DNA from: Octopus bimaculoides | Lineage: Eukaryota | Direction: 5' to 3' | DNA length: 64,000 bases | Assembly (NCBI RefSeq): GCF_001194135.2 | Contig: NC_068982.1 | Location: forward strand, 28,833,426 to 28,897,425 | In this document: positions 1-12,891 of the stretch, piece by piece | Layout: every line of letters begins with the position of its first letter | How positions within the stretch are numbered: position 1 is the first letter of the stretch | The notes under the pieces: generated by a model | Database searches by the model: none | Told to the model about the DNA's origin: nothing | What the model saw: the letters and a program-made list of their open reading frames with translations, nothing else | Program-made: the position numbers and the translations under genes

Positions 1-878
1 GTGATGTACCTGTATCTTGCATACTTCATACTGGGATGTTCAAGTACTATTTAAGTACGTCGACCTCTACACCCTGGAGATTTTTCACGGTTTCTGGAAG
101 TATTCTAAATAGAAGTCGCTCTTTAATCACCAATAAATACTAAATCTCGTCACAGGTGAATATAGGTTAGGATCTTTGCGAATTATCTAGAGGCCGCCTA
201 TTTGGTGTTTCCATAGCCTTTAATATCAAATTTTGGTGAAATTTCCAAAAAACATTAAAAAAAATATAAATGACTACTATTTCCTCTTCACGCGGTCCGG
301 TGTCTTGAAACTTAATGTTTTTTAAAAGCTCAACTGGTGTATATAAACACTCATCTTTTTTATGGGACAGTTTAATTTATCCACCTCAGTAGTGAAATTT
401 CTAGAAGCAATACTAATTGACTAAGATGTGTCTTCCACAAGATTTAAATTACTTCTTGTCTATATGTTTTTGGAATATAGCCAGCTAGTTAATATATACC
501 TAACTGCCATGTTAGCAATATGCATATGAAACGATACGTCGTTATTCACTTTATTCTCAAATCTCATAAAATGTCGCTGTAATTTATTCTATCCGGATAT
601 ATCAAGATGGCAGAATGTTAGCGGGTGGGATAATAGCGAAGTGCATTTAATGGCCAACACTTATTTCTTCTATAGATTTAATTTCATATTATGTTATTAT
701 TAACAAAGTCGTAAGGGTACATCATATTATAAGAGATCCTGAGCGATAGATTGATAGAAATTTGACAAAACAAAAGCCGAGTGACTTGTGGTGTTTGTTG
801 AGACTCTCTTCATAATTGCCACGCCCTACTTCAGTAGTAGGCCTAGTCCATGAACAGATTGAACTTCACCATCTCACA

Positions 879-1021
879 CTATTGAGTATCTTTAACGGAT
901 TGTTGAAAGGAAGTTGGCCAGTTCTCCGGCGTTAGGTTACCGTCTCCCCACCTTCTCTTCCAAATGTCTTCAACGGCCTGCAAAGAGTCATCGGTACTAC
1001 CTTTCCTTCTGGTAAAAAAGA
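879..1021 (-). CDS. Candidate terminal coding exon of an unidentified minus-strand host gene (FFTRRKGSTDDSLQAVEDIWKRRWGDGNLTPENWPTSFQQSVKDTQ*)
   Basis: Minus-strand acceptor atttattttcag at 1022-1033, followed by 46 open codons of non-repetitive sequence to TAG at 879-881. No homology recognised. Confidence 0.25.
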
Positions 1022-1341
1022 CTGAAAATAAATTACAAAACGCAATAGCTTCAAGACAGTTTCCTAAGGTACTTTACACTGAATTTTTCATCATATTTGA
1101 AAAGGTATAATTCGCTTCAACACATTTCTGCCTCTTATAAGATTATGTAACCAGTTTCCTAAATTTCAAGCTATGTCGGAATGACGTAGCTTATTAGTTA
1201 ACTTTATAAGACGTCTTCGTAAAATCTCACTTTATCATATCTAAGTTTATCCGATTAATCGAGCAAGTGTTCTATAGCATCTAATGTTAATTATATAGCA
1301 GCTGAGTGTGTGAGCCTGTATGTGTGAGAAAGAGAGCGATA

Positions 1342-1575
<234 letters not shown>

Positions 1576-2064
1576 ACTTGAAAAGAAAACGTCTCCTCTA
1601 AGTAAGTAATCAGATATTTCATGAAGCACACACGGAACAGCAAGAATCTTAACAATAACGCATGAATTCATTCTTGATATGTTCAGGTAGATTTGAACAG
1701 GAACATCTAATCATTAATATTTTACCTCATCAGAGACACCTCCTCCCTTTCGAAGATGTTCATAACACACGTGATACGCCAGTAGAAGCGGATTCTAGAC
1801 ACCGCGGTGTTTTGACGTTGTGAATCTCCTCAGTCAAAGCTACTCCACCAGACTGATGAATATGCCAAGAATACGAGTGCTTGTTTATAGACAGCTGCAA
1901 ACAAAAGCGATCAGTTATTCACGTTCAAATCTAGCAGAACTTAGAGATAATGAATAGATATGTTAATGTAATCATATTTTCCTTTCTAATAATTCGTTTC
2001 ATGATATTCCTGTGAAGCGAAGTGAACATTTTAGCATTCCTTTGACTTCCTGCAAATCTTAATA

Positions 2065-2160
2065 TATGTATGTGTGTACGTACGTACATATGTATGTATG
2101 TTTGTATGTATGTATGTATGTAGGTAGGTATGTAGGTAGGTAGGTAGGTAGGTAGGTAGG
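2065..2160. repeat. (TATG)n/(TAGG)n microsatellite
   Basis: Visible tandem repeats. Confidence 0.9.
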
Positions 2161-2693
2161 TTGGTAAATATATAGATTACGTATGTGTACATACATACAT
2201 ACATATAATTTACATACGTATATAATCTATAAATACAGGCAGATAAGTATGCGCATACATATATACAAACACACAAACACATAAATTCATATGTGTTTGC
2301 GTATTCATTCTTAATTGTATGCACGTCTATGTATGAGCATTTTGGGGATGTGTGTTTGTTTGTGTGTGAATGTGTGTGTATAGGTATACTTGCTGATCAG
2401 ACGCCTTCGTTGTAATAATCTAACTATCCTTTGTTATCTTCCAATCATTTGAATTCTCCAATCATGTAGGATCCATTGATCATCTCATTAGTATTTGGTG
2501 AAGTAAGCAACAGACGTCTCGTTTCACTGAAATACAATCTTCGATACGACAAACTCAATTTACATGAGCAAAAAAACAAAAACAAAACATAAACTTCTAG
2601 TTTTTCAAACAAATTAACTAACCTCACACATGTGTGAGTAGAAAGACATCTACGTTTGTATGTACATACGCATATATGTAAGTATTCATATTC

Positions 2694-3116
2694 AAACACA
2701 CACACACACACACACACACACGCCGCACACACACACACACACACNNNNNNNNNNNNNNNNNNNNNNNNNNNNNNNNNNNNNNNNNNNNNNNNNNNNNNNN
2801 NNNNNNNNNNNNNNNNNNNNNNNNNNNNNNNNNNNNNNNNNNNNNNNNNNNNNNNNNNNNNNNNNNNNNNNNNNNNNNNNNNNNNNNNNNNNNNATATAT
2901 ATATATATATATACATTCATACAAAGACGTACATATATAGTTATACTTATATGCACACTACACACAAGCATATAGACACTAATATGCACATACATACATA
3001 TATAAACAAATATATATTTGCACACAATTATATACAGATATATACGCACACTGTATACACACCCGTGTATATATATATATGTGAGTGTGTGTATGTGTAT
3101 GTGTGTGTGTGTGTGT

Positions 3117-3147
<31 letters not shown>

Positions 3148-3148
3148 A
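2694..3148. repeat. (CA)n, gap, (TA)n, (GT)n microsatellite cluster
   Basis: Visible dinucleotide runs flanking an N gap. Confidence 0.9.
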
Positions 3149-3262
3149 TATAAATGTGCATAAAAATATTCAAGAGTATTCAATTACGCCACCGACTAAA
3201 GTTAGATTAATCAAACCATTTCTGTTAAGGACTAGTTTGTGACTGATTTATGTAGCAATTAC

Positions 3263-3359
3263 AATGAGCTTCTCGTCGAGGGCAGATGGGTGGCGTATGT
3301 TTGCTTCTGCAGATAAGCCAGCGAGCCATGAATCCTGCTTGGACAATTTCTTTATTCTT
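3263..3359 (-). CDS. Candidate internal exon, minus strand (RIKKLSKQDSWLAGLSAEANIRHPSALDEKLI in one of two open frames)
   Basis: Strong acceptor tattattctctttgtccacag and donor att|gtaatt; 97 nt; no recognised homology. Confidence 0.2.
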
Positions 3360-4813
3360 CTGTGGACAAAGAGAATAATATATTATATTTAACGATGCAC
3401 GGCGTAGGTGTAGTTTAACAATCTGAAATTTCACCTAAGTATTAATTTAATAATGTGAAATTTCATTTAAATACTAGTTTGTAACTTACTTATAGAGCGA
3501 TTGCTATGAAGTTTTTGTCCTAGGTATTTTGTTCCTTGTATCTACTGTCGTGAATTGAAATATATCTAGTGTCAACTTCACCTTTAAAACTATTTGATAA
3601 AATACACACCAGTCACTTATTCGGCCAATGCTTGGTCATAATGTGGGGACAGGGGACAAATTACCACGTCTAATAAGTGTGGTGATTCTAAGCCTTTTAA
3701 AATTTTACTTCACAGCATGGCAAAGAAAGAACAGTTTTATGTATGCAAATTCTATTTCGTTTCTTCATTAATAAAGAGGGTAGGTGAACGAGAGAGAAAA
3801 ATGTCTTCACTAATGTTTTGGCGCAGGATAGGATTTGTCAATTCCAGATTAAGTCACATAGTTATATTTTTTTCTTTTTAATGTTTTTCGACTTGTATCA
3901 AATGGTTGGCAGAATCGATAAAGCAACAGAAAAAATGCTTCGCGTTGTGTGTTTGCCTACAGTTCATTAAACTCTAATATCAGATTCCGGTGAGACCCTT
4001 CTGTTATTCATTTAGTACTAGTATCAATCTAATTGGTTATACACAACGCCTGCATTTGAAGTCTTGTACCTATATATGAAACCACTATTATTACAACCTG
4101 GGTTTTGCAGTGAGTTGGTAGCAAAATAGAGTAGCGATCAAATGTCCCACAGCATTTGGCTTCGGCTACTCAAATCTCTCCAATTATGCTTTCCCAGCCC
4201 CGGGTTTAATCGAATATGTACTATAAATACTATAGGGTCGATTTATTGGCTATATCCTCACCCTCGAATTATTTAGCTATAAGCAAAAGCAACAAACAAA
4301 ACGACATTCTTGTACTTTGACCATATAGCTGAAATAATTTTCAATGGTTTGTAGGTGTGTTAGTAGGCCAGTAACTACTAGCAGAGCATCTAATTGTTAC
4401 TACCTGGCCTATTTAGTATGGTTGTTGCGTCAACTCAACGCCGTTTTCAAAAGTGTCTGAAATATGATATAGGCCACACACGAACTGGGTTGATGGATAT
4501 ACTACACATTGATGTGTGTACTTGATAGATGTGCTTTAATCTGGTTCTCGTTTCGTTTGTGCTAATATATGAATCGATATCTCATATACACTGGCTACTT
4601 GAAAGAGCTCATATGTACATATTTTAGTATTTTAAGCATAGTAAGATTGTGAATTATATTTTTATGTGTCTCACGCATTTAAAAGAAATTGTAAAATTAA
4701 TACCCAGGAGTGTAACAAAATAGTACTAGTAAGGAAACTAATTCTTCAATTTCTAACTGAAGGAGACAGAAGTAAAAAAAATGGGGAAGGTTGTTAAAAG
4801 GAGAGAAGCTATA

Positions 4814-5031
4814 CGACGGTGTGCTGAAAAGTTCCTGGCTTTGGCTAAAAGAAAATAGAGAAGGTTCAGTTAATTATGATTCTACTCAACATATTCCCTT
4901 CTCCGATTCACCCACTTATTGCAACAGCCCTTCATTTTGTTCTAATCCTTGTAAAAGAACTCTGAAGGTTGAGCTTCCAAACAAGTCTTTTGTGATTCCC
5001 TTAAAGCCAGGAACTTTTCAGCACCCCCTCG
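4814..5031 (-). mobile_element. Mariner-derived MITE / internal-deletion derivative (218 bp)
   Basis: 29-bp TIRs (4814-4842 CGACGGTGTGCTGAAAAGTTCCTGGCTTT; 5003-5031), 27/29 match, TA on both sides. Minus strand 4962-4882 reads EFFYKD*NKMKGCCNKWVNRRREYVE*, like a mariner transposase C-terminus. Confidence 0.9.
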
Positions 5032-5336
5032 TATATGTAACATTATGAAAAAAAATGAAGTGTTAAGAGGTGAGTCAATGTAATAGCAAATTAAATGCTA
5101 GAAAAAGTTATGTTTGTAAGATTATTTACATATAGATGTCTGGTTCGCTTAATGAAAAAAAGATGGGGATTCGACGAAATATAGAGGTTGACGTAATGTG
5201 TTTTATATCAACTAATCTGAAGTCACAGGAGATCTCAATGACTTGGTGGTCCTAAATATTTTAAAATCTCTATAAACCAGATTTCCGTATGTTTTGTTGA
5301 ATGGCGAGAATTTAGTAATGACATTTTTTTAATTAT

Positions 5337-5995
5337 TTGGTAGAATCGTCAGCACGCCAGGCAAAAATGATTAGTTGCATTTCGTCCGTCCTCATGTTCT
5401 AAGTTCAAATTCCGCCGAGGTCGACTTAGCCTTTCATCATTACGGGATCGATAAAAATAGATACCAGTGAAACACTGGGCTCGATGTGTTCGACTAGTCT
5501 CCTCCCCCGAAATTCCAGGCCTTGTGCCTATAGTAGAAGGAACTATTATTATTATTAAGGCGGCGAGCTGGCAGGAGCTTTAACACGCCGGGCTTAGCGG
5601 TATTTCGTCTGTCGCTACGTTCTGAGTTCAAATTTCGCCGAGGTCGATTTTGCATTCCATCCTTTCGGGGGTCGATTAAATAGGTGCCAATTATACACTG
5701 GGATCGATGTAACCGATTTAATCCCTTCCCCCAAATTTCAGGCCTTGTGCCTATAGTAGAAAGGATTATTATTATTAAGAAGAAGACGGTGAGCTGGCAG
5801 AATCGTTAGCGCGCCGTGCAAAGTGCTTAGCAGCATTTCGTCTGTCGCTACTCTACGTTCTGAGTTCAAATTCCGCCGAAGTCGACTTTGCCTTCCATCC
5901 TTTCAGAGTCGACAAATCAAGTGGCAGTGAAACACTGGGGGCGATGTTATCAACTAGTCCCTTCCTACCAGATTTCAGGCCTTCTGTCTTTAGTT
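5337..5995 (+). mobile_element. Head-to-tail array of 3 tRNA-derived SINEs (octopus OK/Nin-type) joined by (ATT)n
   Basis: Units start about 5337, 5559 and 5785 with head GGCGGCGAGCTGGCAGAATCGTTAG, B-box-like GAGTTCAAATTCC, core GAGGTCGACTTTGCCTTTCATCCTTTCGGGGTCGATAAA and tail GGCCTTGTGCCTATAGTAGAAAGG. Confidence 0.9.
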
Positions 5996-6779
5996 GTTCA
6001 GACCCAGTTTTGGTAGTAATCTATACATTCAGGAAGAAGTCACTTGATGGGTATCGGCAATGAAACCGATCCGAATGATACGTATATGTATATATTGGGT
6101 TAAAGCATAAACCCGGTGTTATGGAATTTTTCTAAATAGGCTACAGTCAATTGTATGAACCTTAGTTTTTTGATACTGTATTTCATCGGCCGTTGACAGG
6201 ATGAAAACAAACACGACCGTGGTAGGTTTCGAACTCAGGACTGAATCGGCCGGTACTTAAATGATTCTGTCCCATGTTTTGTAAATATTAATGAATGGTT
6301 CATCCCCCATGTTATATAAATATTCATGAATGGTTCATCTTTAAAAATTAGGTTAATCACCCGATCTTACATATTTAGTTAATTATATAATTGCGTGTAT
6401 TTTTTCGTGAATGTTTGTGAATGTGTGCCCATGTATGTATACACACACAAATACACATTTATAAAAAGTCAATTACTTCAGCTTATGGAAAGATATAGCG
6501 TATATTTTAGCCTATTAACATTATTGTCATTCATCAATGTTGTTATTATTGTTGCTGTTAATGTTTTTATTTTATACGCACGTCATTCTTAAATCGGCAG
6601 GGTTATAAATGGAAGCATTCATAACCGTGACGAGGTCATGATTTAGACAGTTTATATTAAACCCCATTATCTAATATCCTTTTATTACAAGACAATACAG
6701 TGTGATCTGAGAGAGAGATTTCGTTCCCAGTTTTAGATCGAGTAACGACATTGAAGTTTTCTTATTAGTTTTTGTAAAG

Positions 6780-7255
6780 ATTCGTTGATGTTAAAAGTAG
6801 TAAAGCGCCAAAGTTATTTGCAAAGTTCGTTATCTCTATGTTCTGAGTTCAAATTCTGACGAAATCAGCTTCAATTGTTGTTAGTAAAGTAGAGCTGTTC
6901 ACGACTCGCAAGAAATAACTTGCGGTTTTAGTTTCGACAACTAAGAGCGTTGATTTTTCATTTTACCTTCTGGAGTCAATGAAATACAGTAACAGTTGTG
7001 AGATTGATTTAATCAAGTAACCATTCCCCTTAGAATTGTTGGACTTGTCGTTATTTAACAATTATTAAGGATAGCGGGTTAGCAGAATTGTTAGAACCTT
7101 GCGCTGTGTAACTTTGGCTATTTACTTTTTTGGTTTAAATGCTACTGAGGCATCCCCTGGATTCGATAAAATAAAGGACCAGTCAGGTACTGAGGTAGCT
7201 ATAATCAACCGTTCCCTCTCCCACACGTTTCTGGTCTTGTGTTTAATATAAAAAC
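6780..7255 (+). mobile_element. Degenerate OK/Nin-type SINE copies
   Basis: ttctgagttcaaattctg and ttcgataaaataaaggaccag remnants. Confidence 0.6.
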
Positions 7256-7359
7256 TATTAGACAGTCGACTGGAAGAATTTGCTAGGGCATCAAAAAGAT
7301 GCTATGCAGTATTTATTCTAGTTCTTTAACTTCTGAGTTAACTAGTTCTTTAACTTCTG

Positions 7360-9924
7360 CACCCCAGATCCGAACACTGACACCTGATTGACTATGTCAT
7401 CACACACGCTCGAACCTGCAGGATGTGGAAATCACCAGAGTTATGCACGGTACCAACTGTTGGACCGACCATCGCTCGGTCCAATTTCGGCTACGCTTGC
7501 GAATTCGTCCTCCTATCCGCAACCAAAAGCTTAAGCAGAAGCTAAATGTTGGAAACCTGCAATCGCGTGAAGCCCGCCAGAGACTGGCAGTAAGACTGGA
7601 ACAGTAGTTTGCCGAACTCCCTGATGTCGGGACCGGACCAAATGATGGACAAACTCTGACGTCAGAGTGGGACACTCTAGCAACCACTATCACTAACGCT
7701 GCCAAAGATATACTTGGTGTTCTGAATAGACGTCATCAGGACTAGTTTGATGACAACTCGACGGAGATCCACTCGCTCCTACGTGAGAAGAATGCTGCAC
7801 ACAGTAGACATCTCCGTCAACCAACAGCAGCCAACAACAGACATTGAGTAAGCCTCCGTTTTAAGGTCCAGCGAAAACTTACGACAATGCAGAACTGGTG
7901 GAAGACTAAAGCACAAGAAATACAAGGCTATGCTGACAAACAACATCCAAGCTTTCTAAGAATTCATAAAGACTGCATACGGTCCACTTAGAGGATCCTT
8001 CTACCTCGTATGGAACAATGATTCAACATCACTCATCAAGGACCGAGATGGCATTCTGTCACGATGGGATGAGCATTTCAACATCATCCTCAACCGTAGA
8101 AACCCCATAGAAACCCCTTCTTTTCTTGACAACATCCCTTCACTGCCACTCATCGATTGTCTAGATGATACACCAACCTTTGGAGAAACTGAATCTGTGA
8201 TAAATGGCCTCAAGTTGAACAAGGCATCCGGCATTGACCATCTGCCAGCCGAGATCTTGAGATATGACGGCCGGTCCCTCAAAACCTGTATCCATGATTT
8301 CATCTACAGACCATGGACTTCCCACTGCGTGCTTCAACAACGGAAAGATGCCAACATTGTTGCCATATATAAAAACAAAGGTGACAGAGCAGGCGGTAGA
8401 AATAGCCGAGACATCTTGATTTCACTTGCTGGTAAGGTCCTTGCTCGAGTCCTCCTATCACGCCTTCTGAGGCATGTGGCCCATGTTGCAGTGCCTGAAA
8501 CCCAATGTGGTTTCCGAAGCATCCGCTCGACTGTTGACATGGTCTTTGTCGCACGTCTTCTCCAGGAGAAATGCCGTGAACAAAACCACTCCCTTTACAT
8601 GACTTTTAACCAAAGCCTTCGACACCATTGACCGTGATGTTCTGTGGGAAACCCTGACAAAATTTGGCTGCCCACCAAATTTTCTTGCCATTTTGAAGGA
8701 CTTACACAACGGAACGATAGCCAGAGTCGTCTATAAAGGCACCCAGTCTGACTTCTTCCCGTTCCAAGTCGGTGTCAAGCAAGGGTGTGTACTTGCCCCG
8801 GTCATCTTTCAACTTCTACATGGCATCCGTATCCCTCCACGCCAGGCATTCATTGAAGCTGAAAGATGCAATAACTATCAGGTACCGGCCGAATGGCAGC
8901 ATTTTCAATCTGAGGCGCCTGAAATCTGTAACAAAGACGTCATCTCAACACATCTTCGACTTGCAATATGCAGATGATATAGCACTTGTCAGCCATAGCT
9001 CTGCTGGCCTTCAAAGTCTCTTGGACTATATACCAGATGCATACAGCCATGCTGACCTAGACATCAATACCAAGAAGACGGAAATCCTCCAACAGCCTTG
9101 TTCCTCCGACACCAACCCATGCGCCTTCCATGTTGAAGATGCGACAATTGCTAATGTAAACCAATTCACTACCCTGGCTCATTCTTCAACAACACCGTCG
9201 ATCTGACAGACGATAGTCAGTGCTGTATTCGTCTTGCCTCTGCTGCGTTTGGTCGGATAAGTACTCGCGCCCTTCTCAACAAAAATATCACCATCAGTTG
9301 CTATATGGCTGCGAGTCTTGGGTGTCCTACCGGCGTCATATCAAGACGCTCGTGCGGTTTCATATCTCTAGCCTTCAACAACTCCTTGGCTTACACAAGG
9401 GGAACAGGATCCATCATGCTGAGATACGTGACCGAACAAGCAGCCAGTCATTGGAGGTAACCATCGATAACCGCCAACTCAGATGGGCAGGGCATGTCAT
9501 TCGAATGTCTTCAACTCGATTGCCCCACTTTGTTATGTACGGTGAACTTGAAGATGGAAGACAGCTGTGTCGGTGGCCAGCACAAGCGCTTTAAAGATCA
9601 CCTGAAGGCAACGCTGAAAAAGTGACATATCCCTCCCGACAGTCTCGAATCAATGGCTGCAGATTTCACTAGCTGGTGCGACTCATTCAAGACTAGCACC
9701 ACCAGAATCCAAGAAGACCTACTGCAGAGTGAAGTGGCACGCCGCGCCCGGCGGCACGTGCAGAACCTTGGAAGTCAACAGCAGCCAGGCTTTACATGCT
9801 CCACCTGCGGACGTATCTGTCTTTCCAGAATCGGACTTCATAATCATCAGAGGTCACATAACTATAAATGTTGTTCGGGAAAAGTACTCATCGCTTCGCG
9901 CTGTTCACGAAATGATGAATGATG
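7360..9924 (+). mobile_element. 5'-truncated, frameshifted RTE-clade LINE (APE C-terminus, RT, C-terminal C2H2 finger) inserted into a SINE
   Basis: Motifs HPRSEH.HLIDYVI..CWTDHR (APE); TQCGFRSIRSTVDMVF, GVKQGCVLAP, LQYADD (RT); FTCSTCGRICLSRIGLHNHQRSH. Tail aatgatgaatgatg. TSD aacttctg(a/t)gtt at 7328-7339 and 9925-9936. Multiple stops and frameshifts. Confidence 0.95.
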
Positions 9925-10004
9925 AACTTCTGTGTTCAAATCTCGTTACATCAAATTTGCCTTTCATCCCTTCGGGTAAAAATAATAGTGGCTTCAAATG
10001 TTGG

Positions 10005-11155
10005 CCCAAAACCGGCGATTTGGGGACGTGGGGAGAGTAAGCTGATTACATTGACTCCAATGCTCAACTGGTACTTATTTGATCGGCCTCAGTTCTTAAC
10101 TGGTAGTTATTTTATCTTCCTGGAAAGAATGTAAAGCAAACTCAACATCGATGGAATTTGAAGGCAAAGAGCCAGAAGAAATTATGCTAAGCATTTTGTC
10201 TGACGCACTAACGATTCTGCCAGCTCACCACCTTAATAATTTTTTCTAATTTCCACACAATTCCAGCAATTTTAAATTGGTGGGAGTCCATTACAGTGAT
10301 CCTAGCATTCAGCAGGTACTTTATTTTATCGATCCCGAAAGGATGAAAGATAAAGTTAATGTCGGCAGAATTTGAACTCAGTACGTGAAAAAACCGCTAA
10401 ACGCGAAGAAATGCCGCTAAGCATGTTGTCTGTAGCACTAACGGTTCTGCCAGCTTGCTGCTACCGCTAATAATAATAATCCTTTCTACTATAGGCTCAA
10501 GGCCTGAAATTTGGGGGAGGGGGACATTCGATTACATCGAGCCCTGTGTACTGGTACTTAATTTATCAACCCTGAAAGGATGAAAAGCAAAGTCAACTTC
10601 GGCGGAATTTGAACTCAGAACGTGAAGACGGACGAAATGCCACTAAGCATTTTCTCCGGCGTGCTAAAGATGTTGTCCGCTCGCAGCCTTAAAAATTATG
10701 GAACGTTTCACAAATTTGTGTGTAACTTTTGCGCAGGGGTCATGCTAATCTTCTCTGTATCCTCCCAGTTTTGTCGATATCCTCGACAACTTTATTTGAC
10801 TAATTAATCATTTTATCGAATCCGGAGGGATGAAAGGCAACGATGAGAGCAGCGTGATTTAAAATCAGAGCGTAGAGACGGAGCAAATGTCATGAAGCAT
10901 TTTGTCCGACACTTTAATGATACTACCAATCCACCGCCGTTGATGATAATTGGTTCTAATCTAGGCACAAGGCCAGTAATTTTTGGGGAAGGGATTAATC
11001 GATAAACAATTGAACCAGTGCTTTATTCGTATGTTCTTTTATCAACTCTGCAAGAATGTAAGGCAAAATTGACCTCGGAAAGATTTTAACTCAAAACGTA
11101 ATGTATCAGAGTTTTGTTCGACGCTCTACCCATTTTGCTAATCGACTACTCTAAT
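10005..11155 (-). mobile_element. Array of about 5 OK/Nin-type SINEs on the minus strand, containing a U6 fragment
   Basis: Reverse-complement head/core motifs repeated (e.g. gaatttgaactcag, ggatgaaaagcaaagtc), with taataataat linkers. Confidence 0.85.
10691..10772 (-). pseudogene. U6: 5'-truncated U6 snRNA retrocopy fused to a SINE body
   Basis: Minus strand AAAACTGGGAGGATACAGAGAAGATTAGCATGACCCCTGCGCAAAAGTTACACACAAATTTGTGAAACGTTCCATAATTTTT aligns by eye to roughly nt 26-107 of canonical U6 (11 mismatches, 1 indel); ACAGAG box intact, 5' stem-loop absent. Confidence 0.93.
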
Positions 11156-12891
11156 AATTGTTTTAAGGGAGATTAATCGAAACTAGTGATCCCAAAATTT
11201 TATATGTATATGTTATTACTGCTGTTGTTAATCTTATTGTTATTATTCATATTGTTGCTGTTTTTTGTTTTGCTTTGTTTTCTTTTTTTTCTTCTTCCTG
11301 TTGCCGCTGTTTGTGATGAACGGGTACTTGTAACACAATTTTCTAGGATAAAGTGGATTTTTACTACGTTGACTTGGAAGGAAAAGTTTCTCTGTACTTA
11401 TTTTATTTTGTACTTTACAGCATTTAAGCGTTCATTCCATTGCCTTCGGGCAGGAAAATTGTTTTCTAATTGGCTTGCAAGATTATCGATGCGAAATCAT
11501 GAATTGAAACATGTTTCATTGTATCTCGAGAGGGTCTTTATGCCAATAATAAACACATGCACTGTTTCTTTTTCAAGTCTTAATTTTATTTGTCATTCGT
11601 TTAACTATTTTATAATTAAACTAAATAATCAATCAGTTAATTGGTTAAATAGTTAACCGAATGTCAAATATAGAAATAAAGAAGTGAAATAGAACCAGTA
11701 CATGTTATTATTATTAGCATAATGACCTTCCGAGATAGAACGAAAAATAGTTTCCCTTAGATGTTTAGTATATTTTTGCTAATATTGTTTACTATTTCAA
11801 CTGAACTAAATCCGGATGAGCCAGAGAAAACGTGTTAGCTATAAACGTGTTTGCAACAAATGCGCCTCACCGCAAAAAAAACAGAGATTAACAGATAAGA
11901 AAAATATATTGAAAAATTCAAATTTAGCATACAACAACAGTTCTGAAACAAAGACCTTTATACTTCGACAAGAAAAAACGAGAGGAAATTATAATGCAAT
12001 GGAAGCGTTAATCTTAACAAAAGACAGGATGTATGAGAGAATGTGGGTAGGCTAAAGTTGTTTAGCGAAGAGGATGTATGGTGCATCTCGTTTTAACTGA
12101 AACACTAGAAGTCCATGGACACTTTCAGAATTTACGAGGTTGAAGAATTCAGAGCAGAATTCGGTAAGGAATGGGGCATGGCCGCATCTTAACTAGATTG
12201 CGGTTTATCAATCGTGAGTTGGTTGTCTAAATTTATTTTTTAATTCTTTGTACTAATTTATTATTAGATATATTCTGCTGAATACACGAATAATTTCTAG
12301 ACTTATCTTATAATTTTATTAATCATTTTTTTCTTCGTTCCCGTATAAGTTTCTTGCAGTAAAGCTCCTAAATCCATCATCAATGTTTCTAGACTTTCAT
12401 CGCAATGAAAAGAAGTTAGTATACGTCATTTCCACGTTATGGCTGGGAGGGCCAGTGTCATTGGTGTAGACGTTACAGTCGGAATTTGAAATTTCACTGT
12501 TTGTAGACATACATACATGCATGCGTACATACATTAACATACGCACGTGTGTATGCATGCATGCACAAATGCATGTATGTATATACGTATATATATACGA
12601 ACAGTAATTTCACAATGTCTCTTTTTCTGTAAGGCCTTATCCTAATTTTTGGTAACATGCCACAATGCCCCAATCCTCAAAGCCATACCATGTCTGTCTT
12701 TGAAAAATACTGTCCTAATGATGTCACTTTGAAGATTTCAACGGTAAAAAAAAAAATAGTTGTTAACAATCACTAACTTGCTTCATCATTCTTAACCTAA
12801 CTCCTATTTCTGTCTCAACCAATATGTTGTCTTCGTATAACCAGATGTATTACAAACTTATTCGTATATACCTTTCATATAGTAGATACAG

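Noticed and set aside
1726-1894. 169-nt exon candidate with an in-frame TGA (possible selenocysteine)
   Set aside because: All three frames contain stops; no selenoprotein motif or SECIS recognised.
2623-2638. Perfect 16-bp palindrome ctcacacatgtgtgag
   Set aside because: Readily produced by abutting CA/TG dinucleotide runs.
5337-5995. Regular repeat-spacer appearance resembling a CRISPR array
   Set aside because: Units are ~200-bp tRNA-headed SINEs in a eukaryotic context; no short constant repeats or cas genes.
11186-11656. 156-aa hydrophobic ORF
   Set aside because: Low-complexity TTG/TTA-rich sequence with a non-ATG start and no domain signature.
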